DNA of 64,000 nt from an uncultured Desulfobulbaceae bacterium (GTDB lineage Bacteria; Desulfobacterota; Desulfobulbia; Desulfobulbales; BM004). Both the position numbers and the translations under genes were made by a program. The notes below the pieces were generated by a model. That model had not been told where the DNA came from, did not search any database, and saw only the letters and a program-made list of their open reading frames with translations. The stretch lies in NCBI GenBank assembly GCA_945787325.1, contig CALZHP010000003.1, positions 6,070 to 70,069 of the forward strand, read 5' to 3'. Shown one piece after another: positions 19,046 to 28,265 of the stretch. Positions within the stretch are counted from its first letter, which is position 1; every line of letters begins with the position of its first letter.

Positions 19046-19312
19046 TTATTGGATGGTAGCGATACTATCGAATATGCCGTTTGTAAAAATAATTAGGGTA
19101 TTCATAATCCAGGGTGCAAAGAAGAGCAGGGCAACAAGAACTGCTACTATTTTTGGTACAAATGTCATAGTCTGTTCATTAATCTGGGTCGCGGCCTGAA
19201 ATATGCTGACAATAAGACCCACAATCATACCCGAAAGAAGCATTGGGGCAGCCACCATGAGAACGGTCTGAACCGCTTTGCGTCCTATCTCGATTACTAA
19301 TTCAGGAGTCAT
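19046..19312 (-). CDS. fliQ: Flagellar export apparatus protein FliQ
   Basis: MTPELVIEIGRKAVQTVLMVAAPMLL... is the typical FliQ start. The start is set at 19312; the longer track ORF overlaps fliP. Confidence 0.9.
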   Translation of the reverse strand: MTPELVIEIGRKAVQTVLMVAAPMLLSGMIVGLIVSIFQAATQINEQTMTFVPKIVAVLVALLFFAPWIMNTLIIFTNGIFDSIATIQ

Positions 19313-19322
19313 TGATTTTCCC

Positions 19323-20063
19323 CTAGAAGAAACTCTGAACAATCGACCCTACAACGAGGCTCCATCCATCCACGAGGACAAAAAGAAGCAACTTAAAGGG
19401 CAATGAAATAATGGGTGGCGGCAACATCATCATACCCATGGCTAGCAGAACTGAAGCGACAACCATATCTATAATGAGAAATGGGACATAAACCATAAAT
19501 CCCATTTGAAAGGCCCGTTTTAATTCGGAAAGCATGAACGCCGGAATCAGAGCTGTTGTCGGGACATCATCAGGATTATCCGGCGAAATGTTACCGGAGA
19601 TGTCCATCAGCAGTCCCAGGTCTTTCTCGTTGGTTTGATTGAACATGAAATTACGCATCGGCTGAACAGCAAGCTGCAGAGCCTGGTTCTGATCAATCTG
19701 CTCATTGAAGTAAGGCTGTAATGCGGTTGTATTTATTTCATTGAAAACTGGTGACATAATGAAAAATGTCAGGAAAAGAGCCAACCCAATGATAACCTGG
19801 TTGGGAGGCATCTGCTGGGTTCCCATGGATTGACGCACAAATGATAAAACGATGACTGTCCGGGTGAAAGCTGTCGTCATCAGAAGGATTGCCGGAGCCA
19901 GAGACAAAACTGTAAACAGGAACAATACCTGAAGCGCGGTGGAAACCTGTTGTGGTGATGTTGACTCATTAACACCTAATGTAATGGTTGGTATACCTTG
20001 GGCCCATGCAGACTGGGAAAAGAACAAAAGAATAATGCTGCCGAATATGACGTAACGTCTCAT
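19323..20063 (-). CDS. fliP: Flagellar export apparatus protein FliP
   Basis: ...LAPAILLMTTAFTRTVIVLSFVRQSMGTQQMPPNQVIIGLALFLTFFIM... is the conserved FliP core. Confidence 0.95.
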   Translation of the reverse strand: MRRYVIFGSIILLFFSQSAWAQGIPTITLGVNESTSPQQVSTALQVLFLFTVLSLAPAILLMTTAFTRTVIVLSFVRQSMGTQQMPPNQVIIGLALFLTFFIMSPVFNEINTTALQPYFNEQIDQNQALQLAVQPMRNFMFNQTNEKDLGLLMDISGNISPDNPDDVPTTALIPAFMLSELKRAFQMGFMVYVPFLIIDMVVASVLLAMGMMMLPPPIISLPFKLLLFVLVDGWSLVVGSIVQSFF

Positions 20064-20440
20064 TTTTTTTCCTCAATGTTAGACTGCAAAGTCTCTTCAA
20101 AGGAAGGGCAGTTGTAATCTTCAATGGGTGATATCAATTCAATGCTGTTAACACCCAAGCCTAGCAGCAGTTCCTTTCCTCTGATCTCAATAAGGCATAA
20201 TGATTTCTTGGGCATAAGGTGCTTCATTTCAACAATTTTTATGATGCCGCTTTTGGGGGTTGGCATGAAGCTGAAACCTTTGCGACTTAAAGCATAGAGC
20301 AAAAGAACAATTCCTAAAACGAGCCCCAACCCCCCCACAAGTTTGAGAGTGGCCGGTAGAAGCCCGTCTGATAATCCATCAGCTGCATAAAGCTGAGTAG
20401 GAATTAGCAGAAATGAAAGTAGGTAGATTAATCGAATCAT
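20060..20440 (-). CDS. fliO: FliO/FliZ family protein
   Basis: A single-TM small protein between fliN and fliP. It overlaps fliP by 4 bp. Confidence 0.7.
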   Translation of the reverse strand: MIRLIYLLSFLLIPTQLYAADGLSDGLLPATLKLVGGLGLVLGIVLLLYALSRKGFSFMPTPKSGIIKIVEMKHLMPKKSLCLIEIRGKELLLGLGVNSIELISPIEDYNCPSFEETLQSNIEEKK

Positions 20441-20489
20441 TGTACTATTTATTTGTTATGAAATTATTCATTGCAGAACAGATCACAGA

Positions 20490-20870
20490 TCAACCCAGTT
20501 TTTCTATTCTTTCAGCCTGGCTGACAACCTCGGTCAGTCTGAGACCGAACTTTTCGTTCACAATTACTGCTTCGCCGCGTGCAATAAGCCGTGAGTTGAC
20601 GTAAAGGTCTAGTGGTTCATCGGCAAGTTTATCCAGCTCGATCACATATCCTTCTCTCATTTGCAGCAGCTCTTTTATCAGCAGGCTGGAGCGGCCGACC
20701 TCAACTGATATCTGCAGAGGGATATCAAAGAGGAACTTGAGGTCTTTATCGCCGTTTTCCGATGCCTGCATTGTTTCCGGTGCTGTCTCCTGCGGAGTTT
20801 CCGGCATGGTTTCCGGCTGGTCAGTTGGTAAGGTTTCTTCAGCAGTAGTTTGGTTTTCAGTTGCTTCCAT
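20490..20870 (-). CDS. fliN: C-ring protein FliN
   Basis: The C-terminal SpoA domain reads ...LLFDIPLQISVEVGRSSLLIKELLQMREGYVIELDKLADEPLDLYVNSRLIARGEAVIVNEKFGLRLTEV. The N-terminus is acidic and PET-repeat rich. There is no CheC domain, so this is FliN rather than FliY. Confidence 0.9.
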   Translation of the reverse strand: MEATENQTTAEETLPTDQPETMPETPQETAPETMQASENGDKDLKFLFDIPLQISVEVGRSSLLIKELLQMREGYVIELDKLADEPLDLYVNSRLIARGEAVIVNEKFGLRLTEVVSQAERIEKLG

Positions 20871-21855
20871 TGGTATCCTCCTGTGAGAATCTACACGTTA
20901 CGCGCACAGCTTTCTTGCCGTTATGAACACCGGCATGGGCAAAATATTTAGGCTTTTGGCCAACAAGTATGCGCAATGGAGTGTTAGGGTCATAGTTAAG
21001 ATCGATGATGTCTCCTTCCTGTAAATCAAGAATATCTTTAATGTTCAGTGTTATTTCTCCGGATTGGGCGGTAATTTCTGTTCTCATGTCCTGCAGCCCG
21101 TCGGCAATTGTATTTGACCAGGATGTGCCTTGATCCTGTATATCGGTTACACCTTCTTTAAGCTTTTCCCTCAAGGGTTCCATCGAAGAGTATGAAATTA
21201 CAAAGGTGAGCAGACCCGAAAGATTATCAATTGAGACTGTGAATTTTGCTACCAGTACTTCCGTGTCGGGTGCAGCTATATTTACCATCCTCGGATCAAT
21301 TTCTAGTGTAGCTAAGGATGTGAAAAGTTCCTGGATAGGCTTAAAGGACTTTTGAAGATTTTCACAGGAAGTGCTTAAAACACCCTTGATGACGTTGACT
21401 TCAATTGTTGTCATCGGGCGAGTTACAGGTGAAGTCGATATTTCAGTAGATCCTCCAAGCATAACCTCAACGAGAGAATACGAGAGTGCAGGGTCGAGAA
21501 TAAGAAGTCCAGCACCTTTGAGAGGATCCATTCTCACTACACCTATCAATCCATGATCGTCAAGTTGCATGAGGAATGGATCTATTTCTGCAGACTCCAC
21601 GATAGTTTTTTTAACAGAGACAGACCTTTGTAACCTGTTGGTAAGAGATATTCCCAGATTTTTTGCAAAAGAATCCAGGACAACATCAAAATCGTTGTGC
21701 TGCCAACGACCGGCTCCGCGGGAGCGGGCCAGATCCAGTCGGGTTACATTTTTATCGGTTGTCGATGCAGTTTGATCAACTTCCGTTTTTATGTCGCCTT
21801 CACGCAGAGCAGAAAGCAGTTCTGATATTTCATCTTTGGAAAGAATTCGCTCCAC
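20857..21855 (-). CDS. fliM: C-ring protein FliM
   Basis: It has an N-terminal CheY-P binding peptide, ILSKDEISELLSAL, and a central FliM domain. Its C-terminus is SpoA-like. Confidence 0.92.
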   Translation of the reverse strand: MERILSKDEISELLSALREGDIKTEVDQTASTTDKNVTRLDLARSRGAGRWQHNDFDVVLDSFAKNLGISLTNRLQRSVSVKKTIVESAEIDPFLMQLDDHGLIGVVRMDPLKGAGLLILDPALSYSLVEVMLGGSTEISTSPVTRPMTTIEVNVIKGVLSTSCENLQKSFKPIQELFTSLATLEIDPRMVNIAAPDTEVLVAKFTVSIDNLSGLLTFVISYSSMEPLREKLKEGVTDIQDQGTSWSNTIADGLQDMRTEITAQSGEITLNIKDILDLQEGDIIDLNYDPNTPLRILVGQKPKYFAHAGVHNGKKAVRVTCRFSQEDTNGSN

Positions 21856-21868
21856 AGGTTATTCCCCC

Positions 21869-22405
21869 TTACTGGATGACGAAGTTTGTAAAGTAAATAT
21901 GTTTCAGCGTCCCTTTATGGAGCAGGCTGTTGATTTTTCCAGCTAACTCTGCACGTAGCTGCATTTTCCCCTGCAGGTCTCGTAATTCATCAAATGTCTT
22001 GTTGCTAATCAGGAGTAGAGTTGCGTCCCGTATTTGAGGCATTCGGGCCTCCACCTCTTCCTGTGATTCTTCAGAATTAACTTCAAGGGTGATTGCCGCT
22101 TTAAGGAAACGGGGGTCACCGCTGGTGAGGATATTCACAATGAAATTGTCGATTTTGACCATTGGGCCAATTTCAGAGTCAGAAACAATTTCAATATCTT
22201 CTTCCTGCTTTTTGGAAGTTTTTTCTTTTTCCTCATTTTGGTCATCAGCGGATATTGTAGCAATGGCCGACTTTGTTCCCATAATGTAGGCTCCGGCACC
22301 TATTCCTGCTATCAATAAAAGCGCGACAACTGCTCCGATTATAATTTTCAGTTTGTTGCTTTTGGGGGGGCTTTCCTGTTGTTCTTCCTGTTTCTTTTCA
22401 GCCAT
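21869..22405 (-). CDS. fliL: Flagellar basal-body-associated protein FliL
   Basis: A single N-terminal TM helix and the C-terminal ...FLKAAITLEV...RDATLLLISNKTFDELRDLQGKMQLRAEL... Confidence 0.85.
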   Translation of the reverse strand: MAEKKQEEQQESPPKSNKLKIIIGAVVALLLIAGIGAGAYIMGTKSAIATISADDQNEEKEKTSKKQEEDIEIVSDSEIGPMVKIDNFIVNILTSGDPRFLKAAITLEVNSEESQEEVEARMPQIRDATLLLISNKTFDELRDLQGKMQLRAELAGKINSLLHKGTLKHIYFTNFVIQ

Positions 22406-22423
22406 TATTCTCTCCGTTTCTAC

Positions 22424-23182
22424 TTAAAAAGGAAGTTGATCACGTGCATCGATGAGATATGGAAGCTCCTCAGAGTATCCTCCGATGCTTTCAAGTATAA
22501 AATCTACTCTTCTGTTTAATGCCCTGTTAACTTGTGAATCGTTAGGAGCGACAGGACGTTGAGAGCCAAACGCAGTGGCGGACATTCGATCTACTGGATA
22601 AAGTTTTTCATGCGCAAAGAATTTTAGAACAGAAATTGACCGCATCATCGATAAATCCCAGTTACTTGTGTCCTTCTTTGTGAAAGGTGTTGAGTCGCTA
22701 TGTCCGGCAATCCTGAGTTGCAGGGGTAGCGGCCGTATCAGATCGGCCACTCTTTTCAATACATCGTGTGCTTCAGGTTTAACCTCATATTCACCGGGGC
22801 CAAACAGGATGGAATTGTTTACACGCAGCACAACGGCACCACGATCTTTAACAAGAGTAATGTCTTCATCAATTCGCAAGCGATTGAATTTCGTCATGAT
22901 GCGGTTGTAGACTCTCTGGAGCAGGTCATCTTCTACTGGTGGTATTTCTATGACAGCAGGAGGAGCAATTCTTCGCTGTTCAATGGCCCCTATTACTCCG
23001 AAAGCGTTTTTCAGGGAAACTATTGCCTGATTAAATTTAAGTTGGTCAAGGCTGGCCATGGAGAGGAGCAATACAAAAAAGGTCAGAAGGAGCGTTACGA
23101 GGTCACTGTATGTGACCATCCACTGAGGTGCGCCCGCCGGTTGTTTTTTCTGTTTTTTTTTGGAGCCTTTATTAGATGCCAT
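22424..23182 (-). CDS. motB: Stator protein MotB
   Basis: The TM helix carries the conserved Asp (WMVTYSDLVTLLLTFF). The C-terminal OmpA-like domain reads ...GHSDSTPF...NRRVDF. Confidence 0.88.
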   Translation of the reverse strand: MASNKGSKKKQKKQPAGAPQWMVTYSDLVTLLLTFFVLLLSMASLDQLKFNQAIVSLKNAFGVIGAIEQRRIAPPAVIEIPPVEDDLLQRVYNRIMTKFNRLRIDEDITLVKDRGAVVLRVNNSILFGPGEYEVKPEAHDVLKRVADLIRPLPLQLRIAGHSDSTPFTKKDTSNWDLSMMRSISVLKFFAHEKLYPVDRMSATAFGSQRPVAPNDSQVNRALNRRVDFILESIGGYSEELPYLIDARDQLPF

Positions 23183-23199
23183 ATTCAGAACTTTTGAAT

Positions 23200-23964
23200 C
23201 TAGTTAAAATTGCTTTCACGTAATTTCGGGGCGAGAAACGCGTGTAATTTCTGTTCCATTATACGCGGGTTCTCCCCAGCTAGTATGGATTCCATTCCCT
23301 CTGCGATAAGATTTTTTCTTAACACTTCAGTCTGGGAGCGGTGTTTCAGTTTGCCTGCTATCGGTAAGCAGACAACGTTGGCTATAACTGCACCGTAAAA
23401 CGTTGTCAGCAGCGCTATGGCCATAGCAGGGCCAATGGTAGATGGGTCCGACATTGTCTGCAGCATCTGTACGAGTCCGATCAACGTTCCGATCATGCCG
23501 AGCGCTGGAGCAAATGTTCCCATGGTGGTGAATATTTCAGCCCCTTTATCATGCCTTTCCTGGATGTATTCTATTTCTCTGAACAACATATCTTTAAGTG
23601 ACTCAGGTTCCTGGCCGTCTACAGCCATCTGCAGTCCTTTCTGAAAAAAACTGTCTTCAACTTCATTCATCATTGATTGAAGAGAAAGGATACCTTCCTT
23701 TCTGGCTTTGCTAGAAAATTTGATGAGCTGCTCAATTACTTCATTATGGGTAGTCTCTTTGTGATGAAAAGCTTTCTTTAGGATAGCAAAAGCTCCAAAA
23801 ATATCTTTGAATGGATAATTAACCAGGACAACGCCGGTAGTACCACCAAAGACAATGAGCAGGGAAGGGACGTTGACAAACAGCATGATTGAGCCGCCTG
23901 ACAACATGGCGGAAATCATAAGAGCAAATGCTGCAACAATTCCTAGAACCGTAGAAAGATCCAC
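23200..23964 (-). CDS. motA: Stator protein MotA
   Basis: Four-TM MotA/TolQ/ExbB layout, with ...TFAPALGMIGTLIGLVQML... and ...ALLTTFYGAVIAN... Confidence 0.9.
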   Translation of the reverse strand: MDLSTVLGIVAAFALMISAMLSGGSIMLFVNVPSLLIVFGGTTGVVLVNYPFKDIFGAFAILKKAFHHKETTHNEVIEQLIKFSSKARKEGILSLQSMMNEVEDSFFQKGLQMAVDGQEPESLKDMLFREIEYIQERHDKGAEIFTTMGTFAPALGMIGTLIGLVQMLQTMSDPSTIGPAMAIALLTTFYGAVIANVVCLPIAGKLKHRSQTEVLRKNLIAEGMESILAGENPRIMEQKLHAFLAPKLRESNFN

Positions 23965-24034
23965 GATACCATCTCTCCGTTATTATTTTTCTTATGCATA
24001 GAGCAGTTGAATTTTCTTAACGTAACTTTGTTTA

Positions 24035-24049
24035 GCAATTTAAATGCCA
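24035..24049 (-). promoter_or_regulatory. Sigma-54 (-24/-12) promoter for the motA...fliA operon
   Basis: The minus-strand sequence reads TGGCAT-TTAAA-TTGCT, an exact GG-N10-GC geometry against the consensus TGGCAC-N5-TTGCW. It is about 70 nt upstream of the motA ATG. Confidence 0.6.
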
Positions 24050-24161
24050 TAAAAGCCAAGATAGCCAATGTGTCTCGTAACATATTGTTATAAAAAGATT
24101 AAAGTGAAAACCTTTAGGGGAATTCTAATTCTGTGTGACGGGAATTCGTCATGCGGAAATG

Positions 24162-24192
24162 AAAAAGCGACCGGTCCTGGTGGACCAGCCGC
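24162..24192 (-). terminator. Rho-independent terminator after flgE
   Basis: The minus-strand RNA reads GCGGCUGGUCC-ACCA-GGACCGGUCGC (11 bp including two G-U pairs) followed by UUUUUC. It is about 27 nt after the flgE stop. Confidence 0.7.
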
Positions 24193-24218
24193 TTTAATGC
24201 CATTATTTTGACTGATTA

Positions 24219-25490
24219 TTACCGTTTCAGATTAATGAGTTCGCTCATCATTTCATCTGTAGTAGTAATAATTTTTGAGTTTGCCTGAAAACCACGCTGG
24301 ATGGTAATCATTTCAACAAACTCCTGGGCCAGGTCCACATTGGACTGTTCCAGTGAATTTGTAAATATCTTACCAACACCAGAGCCAACAGTACCAATAA
24401 TAGGAGTTCCTGATTCACTGGTTTCATTGTATAGATTGTTCCCCTGCTTTGATAAGCCGTTAGTATTGGTAAAAGCAGATAAAGCAATCTGGGAAAGTTT
24501 CAGGGGCTCTCCGTTTGAATAGGTTCCTACAATATTACCATTGCTGTCGATATCTATTTTTAATAGAGAACCAGCAGCATACCCATCCTGGTTTTGAGAG
24601 TTAACAACTGAATCACTGGCATACTGGGTTGTTTGCATATCGAATGATATCTGCTGTGCCGGATCAGAGTTGTTTGCCCATGTGAGCAGCCCTGCACCAG
24701 TTGTTAATGTGACTGGAGCAGTCAAAGCACCATCAACACCAAATGTAATGTTTCCAGTTCCTATCTGGGTGAGAGTACCTGGTACACCACCAATTTCTGA
24801 TCCATCAACAGTTGTGGTCACTTGCCATTCCAGTGGATTTGTTGCCGGATCGAGTTTCGTAAAATAGTTTGTTATCAGGTGAGTCTCTCCTAGAGAATCA
24901 AAGACCTGAATGGAGGCGGCGTAATTTGAGGTGTTGGCTGGATCCAAAATATCAAATGCACCGAGGTATGGAGCGTTGCCATTTAGGTTGGTGGATAGGG
25001 TAACGTTTGCTGTTGAATTCGCAGGTGTATAACTTAAAGGGTCAACCACGATATCATTTATGTCACCAACTGTATTTCCATTTACGTCAAGAGGATATCC
25101 CTGAACCTTGTATCCTTCGGCATTAACCAGTGTGCCTATAGAGTCAAAACGGAAAGCACCGGCCCTGGTATAACTGATAGCCTGACTAAAAGGATCACGG
25201 ACCATAAAAAAGCCGTCACCCTCAATGGCGAGGTCTGTATTAGATTCGGTGCTGACAAATGTACCCTGGCTGAAGATGTTGTCGATAATTGAGAGCCCGA
25301 CTCCCCTGCCCACCTGTGAGTTACCACCAGAGCCTGAGACTGTGCTTGAGAGCAGGTCGGAAAAGATAGTTCGGCTTGTTTTAAAACCGATAGTGTTGGT
25401 GTTGGCTATATTATTACCAATAACACTCATGGCATCGCCGTTGGTAGATAGACCACTGATGCCACTGTACAATGAACTTTGTACACTCAT
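24219..25490 (-). CDS. flgE: Flagellar hook protein FlgE
   Basis: MSVQSSLYSGISGLSTNGDAMSVIGNNIANTNTIGFKTSR... and C-terminal ...LEQSNVDLAQEFVEMITIQRGFQANSKIITTTDEMMSELINLKR. Confidence 0.93.
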   Translation of the reverse strand: MSVQSSLYSGISGLSTNGDAMSVIGNNIANTNTIGFKTSRTIFSDLLSSTVSGSGGNSQVGRGVGLSIIDNIFSQGTFVSTESNTDLAIEGDGFFMVRDPFSQAISYTRAGAFRFDSIGTLVNAEGYKVQGYPLDVNGNTVGDINDIVVDPLSYTPANSTANVTLSTNLNGNAPYLGAFDILDPANTSNYAASIQVFDSLGETHLITNYFTKLDPATNPLEWQVTTTVDGSEIGGVPGTLTQIGTGNITFGVDGALTAPVTLTTGAGLLTWANNSDPAQQISFDMQTTQYASDSVVNSQNQDGYAAGSLLKIDIDSNGNIVGTYSNGEPLKLSQIALSAFTNTNGLSKQGNNLYNETSESGTPIIGTVGSGVGKIFTNSLEQSNVDLAQEFVEMITIQRGFQANSKIITTTDEMMSELINLKR

Positions 25491-25566
25491 TATAATTCTC
25501 CTTGTGTGAGGCTGCTTCTGTCGGTCAGCAGCCCACGAACCTCCTTTACAAGGACCGGTTCGTATA

Positions 25567-25953
25567 TTATGCGATTATCGCACTGTCAATGTTTGTAAAA
25601 ACATTTCCCTGAAGACTGTTTTTATCAACTACCGTAACGACTGTATTGTTTTTTACGCTGACTACCAGAGCCGTATCATTTAATAATACAAGTGATTCTC
25701 TGGAGCCCTTTGCATTGACAAGGTTTACGGCATTTGAAAGTCTGTCCATTTCTTCATTGTTGAAATTAATCCCTCTGCTTTGCATACGTTCAGAAGCGTG
25801 ACGGGAGAATTTCAGCTTTTCTGTTTTGAGTTGATCATCCAACACCTTATCAAAGGATATGGACGAAGTTTTACCCTGCTTGACCGGCTTCCCGGATGGG
25901 GTTGTTCCTGCAGGCATTATTGGTTGAGGCATAATCACCAGCTTATCACTCAT
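25567..25953 (-). CDS. Small flagellar operon protein (the family found between flgD and flgE in Bacillus/spirochete-type operons; TIGR02530-like by recollection)
   Basis: ...KFSRHASERMQSRGINFNNEEMDRLSNAVNLVNAKGSRESLVLL... plus the flgD-X-flgE position. It overlaps flgD by 8 bp. Confidence 0.6.
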   Translation of the reverse strand: MSDKLVIMPQPIMPAGTTPSGKPVKQGKTSSISFDKVLDDQLKTEKLKFSRHASERMQSRGINFNNEEMDRLSNAVNLVNAKGSRESLVLLNDTALVVSVKNNTVVTVVDKNSLQGNVFTNIDSAIIA

Positions 25954-26620
25954 TGTCCTGGCTCCTTACACTCAAAATGTCTGACATTTGGAAAACACCA
26001 GCATCCGTAATAAGCTTGTTTTCCGCGCCATTCAGGTCTACCCCGGTAACGATTCCTTTAATGAGCGCTGTACCTGCAAAAACATCATCGTTGCTTCTCT
26101 GAGCGCTTACAATCATTGTGTATTCGCCAGGAGGAATGATGTTGCCGGCCTCGTCGGTCCCATCCCAGGAAAAAAAGTGGTCTCCTGCTTCAGTCTCTGT
26201 GGCAGGCAGAGTGGCAAGCGTTCGACCCAATTGATCTTGGATAATAAGATTAACGGAGTTTGCAGGTCTGTCGAGCCGGTAACCCAGTTCGACGCCATTT
26301 TCTCCAAGAAGGAAACTATTACTCGTGGAGACAACTTCTCTGTCAATAAGCGATAGAGCTGAAAAACGCTCCATGCCGCCATTTTCAGCAACCATTTTTT
26401 CGAGGTTATCATTTACAGCAAAGAGCTGTTCCAGTGAACTGAACTGGGAAAGTTGAGCTGTAAATTCCGTGGGATCAGCAGGATTAAGCGGATCCTGGTG
26501 CTGTAGCTGGGCAACCAGAAGCTTCAGGAAATCATCTTTCCCCATGACACCGCTTGCTCCTGCGGTAGAAGAGGCAATAGTTGTACCAGCTGTTGTCGTC
26601 ACATCAGATATGGACGTCAT
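25946..26620 (-). CDS. flgD: Hook assembly/capping protein FlgD
   Basis: ...GKDDFLKLLVAQLQHQDPLNPADPTEFTAQLSQFSSLEQL... is the FlgD N-domain. The C-terminus is FlgD Ig-like/Tudor-like. Confidence 0.88.
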   Translation of the reverse strand: MTSISDVTTTAGTTIASSTAGASGVMGKDDFLKLLVAQLQHQDPLNPADPTEFTAQLSQFSSLEQLFAVNDNLEKMVAENGGMERFSALSLIDREVVSTSNSFLLGENGVELGYRLDRPANSVNLIIQDQLGRTLATLPATETEAGDHFFSWDGTDEAGNIIPPGEYTMIVSAQRSNDDVFAGTALIKGIVTGVDLNGAENKLITDAGVFQMSDILSVRSQDNE

Positions 26621-26656
26621 TGAAGGCTCACCTCCTTATGTTGAAGTTTATCATGT

Positions 26657-28144
26657 TCATATTCTTAGACTAAGTCCTTCTGATTCCCGCTGCACTAATA
26701 CGGGGCTATCTTCCGGCGCCGTATCTGCTCGCCAGTTTCTCGAATGCTGATTGTCATGTCCGGTAAAGGGGAATGATTCCCTGTCCTGAAATAGTGCCCT
26801 GCCGCCATCCCGATCGCTGCTAACGCTCACTTGAATGTCGTCCAGTTTTAGGCCCTGTTGTTCAAGACTTTCCCTTAATCTGTGGATATGACGTTCGAGA
26901 ATATCCTGAGCCTGGTGGTTTTGCGCTTGCAAATGCGCGGTTACATGTTCTTTGATTATTACCAGGTCCACCTTAAGATGTCCGAGTTCCTCGGGCTGCA
27001 TCCTGATAGTAATACTGCTAGACTCATTTCTAGGTGACACATGTAATTGTTCGACAACCTGTCTGACAACCTGACTTTCGGCAACTATGTTACCGGAAGG
27101 AAGTTTGGCAAAAGTTTCATACTTGTCACTGGTAAGGGCTTGCGCAGTATTTTGGAATTGTCCCAAAGTCGTCCCGAATCCTTCTCCAACAGTCTTCATT
27201 GCATCAGCTGGAGATGGAGTGTCAGATGATTTACCGGAAAAGATATTTTGTCTGGTGTTCTCACCAAACAGAAAATCTGTCTTTTCCTGGTTCGCATCGT
27301 TTGTGGGCTGGATTGATTGACTCTGGACTGAGGTTGAACCTGTCAAGTCGTTTTCCCTCACTTGAACACCCTCTGCAAGAGATGATTTAATACGGCTAAC
27401 CTTTTCCAAAAGTCCGTGAAAACGTGGGTCCATTGTTTCACTGACACTTTTTAAAGTGTCGGTATTTTGTTGGACAGCTAGGAGATCTTGACTTTGCATT
27501 TTTTCAACTAGACGCGGGTCAAGAATCTCTAGCGTTGCTTTCACTTTTTCAATGTTGTTTCCGCTGACAAGTTCCATAAGGTCAGCGACTGTTTTCGGTA
27601 CAGGTTTTCTTACGACTTGAGAGGAAGGAATTTCTCCTTCGGATATACTATCTCTCGGTATGGTAATACTAACACTGTCATCTTCATTAGCGGCTTGCAG
27701 AACTTTTGAAAGATCTGCTGAACCTGTCGATTCAGAACTGAAACCGGAAGTTTGCGGCCATAGTTGTTTAAGGCCAGATTGTTCCGGCTGGTTATTGGCC
27801 GTTAGCATTTCACCTTCAGATCCGTTAAACAGGTTTGTTTTGGCCTGTGTTTCGGGAAAAAGAAAAATGTTATCGGCTGATTGAGTTAGTGCGATCTCTG
27901 CGGATATTTCGAACTGTTCCGCAGTTTGATCGGGGTTGATTCCCTCGGGGGTCTCGAAAATAGCTGCTGCCATCAGCCATCCTGCCTCCGTTACGGATTC
28001 CTGGACTATAGAGCCAGGCCCCGTCATTTCCTTCGCCAGTAGAGAGTCCATAAGACCAGGACTTGCCCCATCCGGCGGTTTGTTTTGTCCGGAAACCGCT
28101 GGGGCTCCGAACAGGTTGATCGGCAGTGTCTGCATCATAGGCAC
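26657..28144 (-). CDS. fliK: Hook-length control protein FliK
   Basis: The long N-terminal region is low-complexity. The C-terminal Flg_hook-type domain reads ...ITIRMQPEELGHLKVDLVIIKEHVTAHLQAQNHQAQDILERHIHRLRESLEQQGLKLDDIQV. Confidence 0.75.
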   Translation of the reverse strand: MPMMQTLPINLFGAPAVSGQNKPPDGASPGLMDSLLAKEMTGPGSIVQESVTEAGWLMAAAIFETPEGINPDQTAEQFEISAEIALTQSADNIFLFPETQAKTNLFNGSEGEMLTANNQPEQSGLKQLWPQTSGFSSESTGSADLSKVLQAANEDDSVSITIPRDSISEGEIPSSQVVRKPVPKTVADLMELVSGNNIEKVKATLEILDPRLVEKMQSQDLLAVQQNTDTLKSVSETMDPRFHGLLEKVSRIKSSLAEGVQVRENDLTGSTSVQSQSIQPTNDANQEKTDFLFGENTRQNIFSGKSSDTPSPADAMKTVGEGFGTTLGQFQNTAQALTSDKYETFAKLPSGNIVAESQVVRQVVEQLHVSPRNESSSITIRMQPEELGHLKVDLVIIKEHVTAHLQAQNHQAQDILERHIHRLRESLEQQGLKLDDIQVSVSSDRDGGRALFQDRESFPFTGHDNQHSRNWRADTAPEDSPVLVQRESEGLSLRI

Positions 28145-28265
28145 TTTCCTCTCAGTTTATGGTTGATAATCTGCCAGCCTCACAACAGTGAGGCTGACTC
28201 CATGGTATTATGTGTTTTGCAAAGTAATATTTTGAAATAATACGGTTTGCTACATGCATAGGAAA

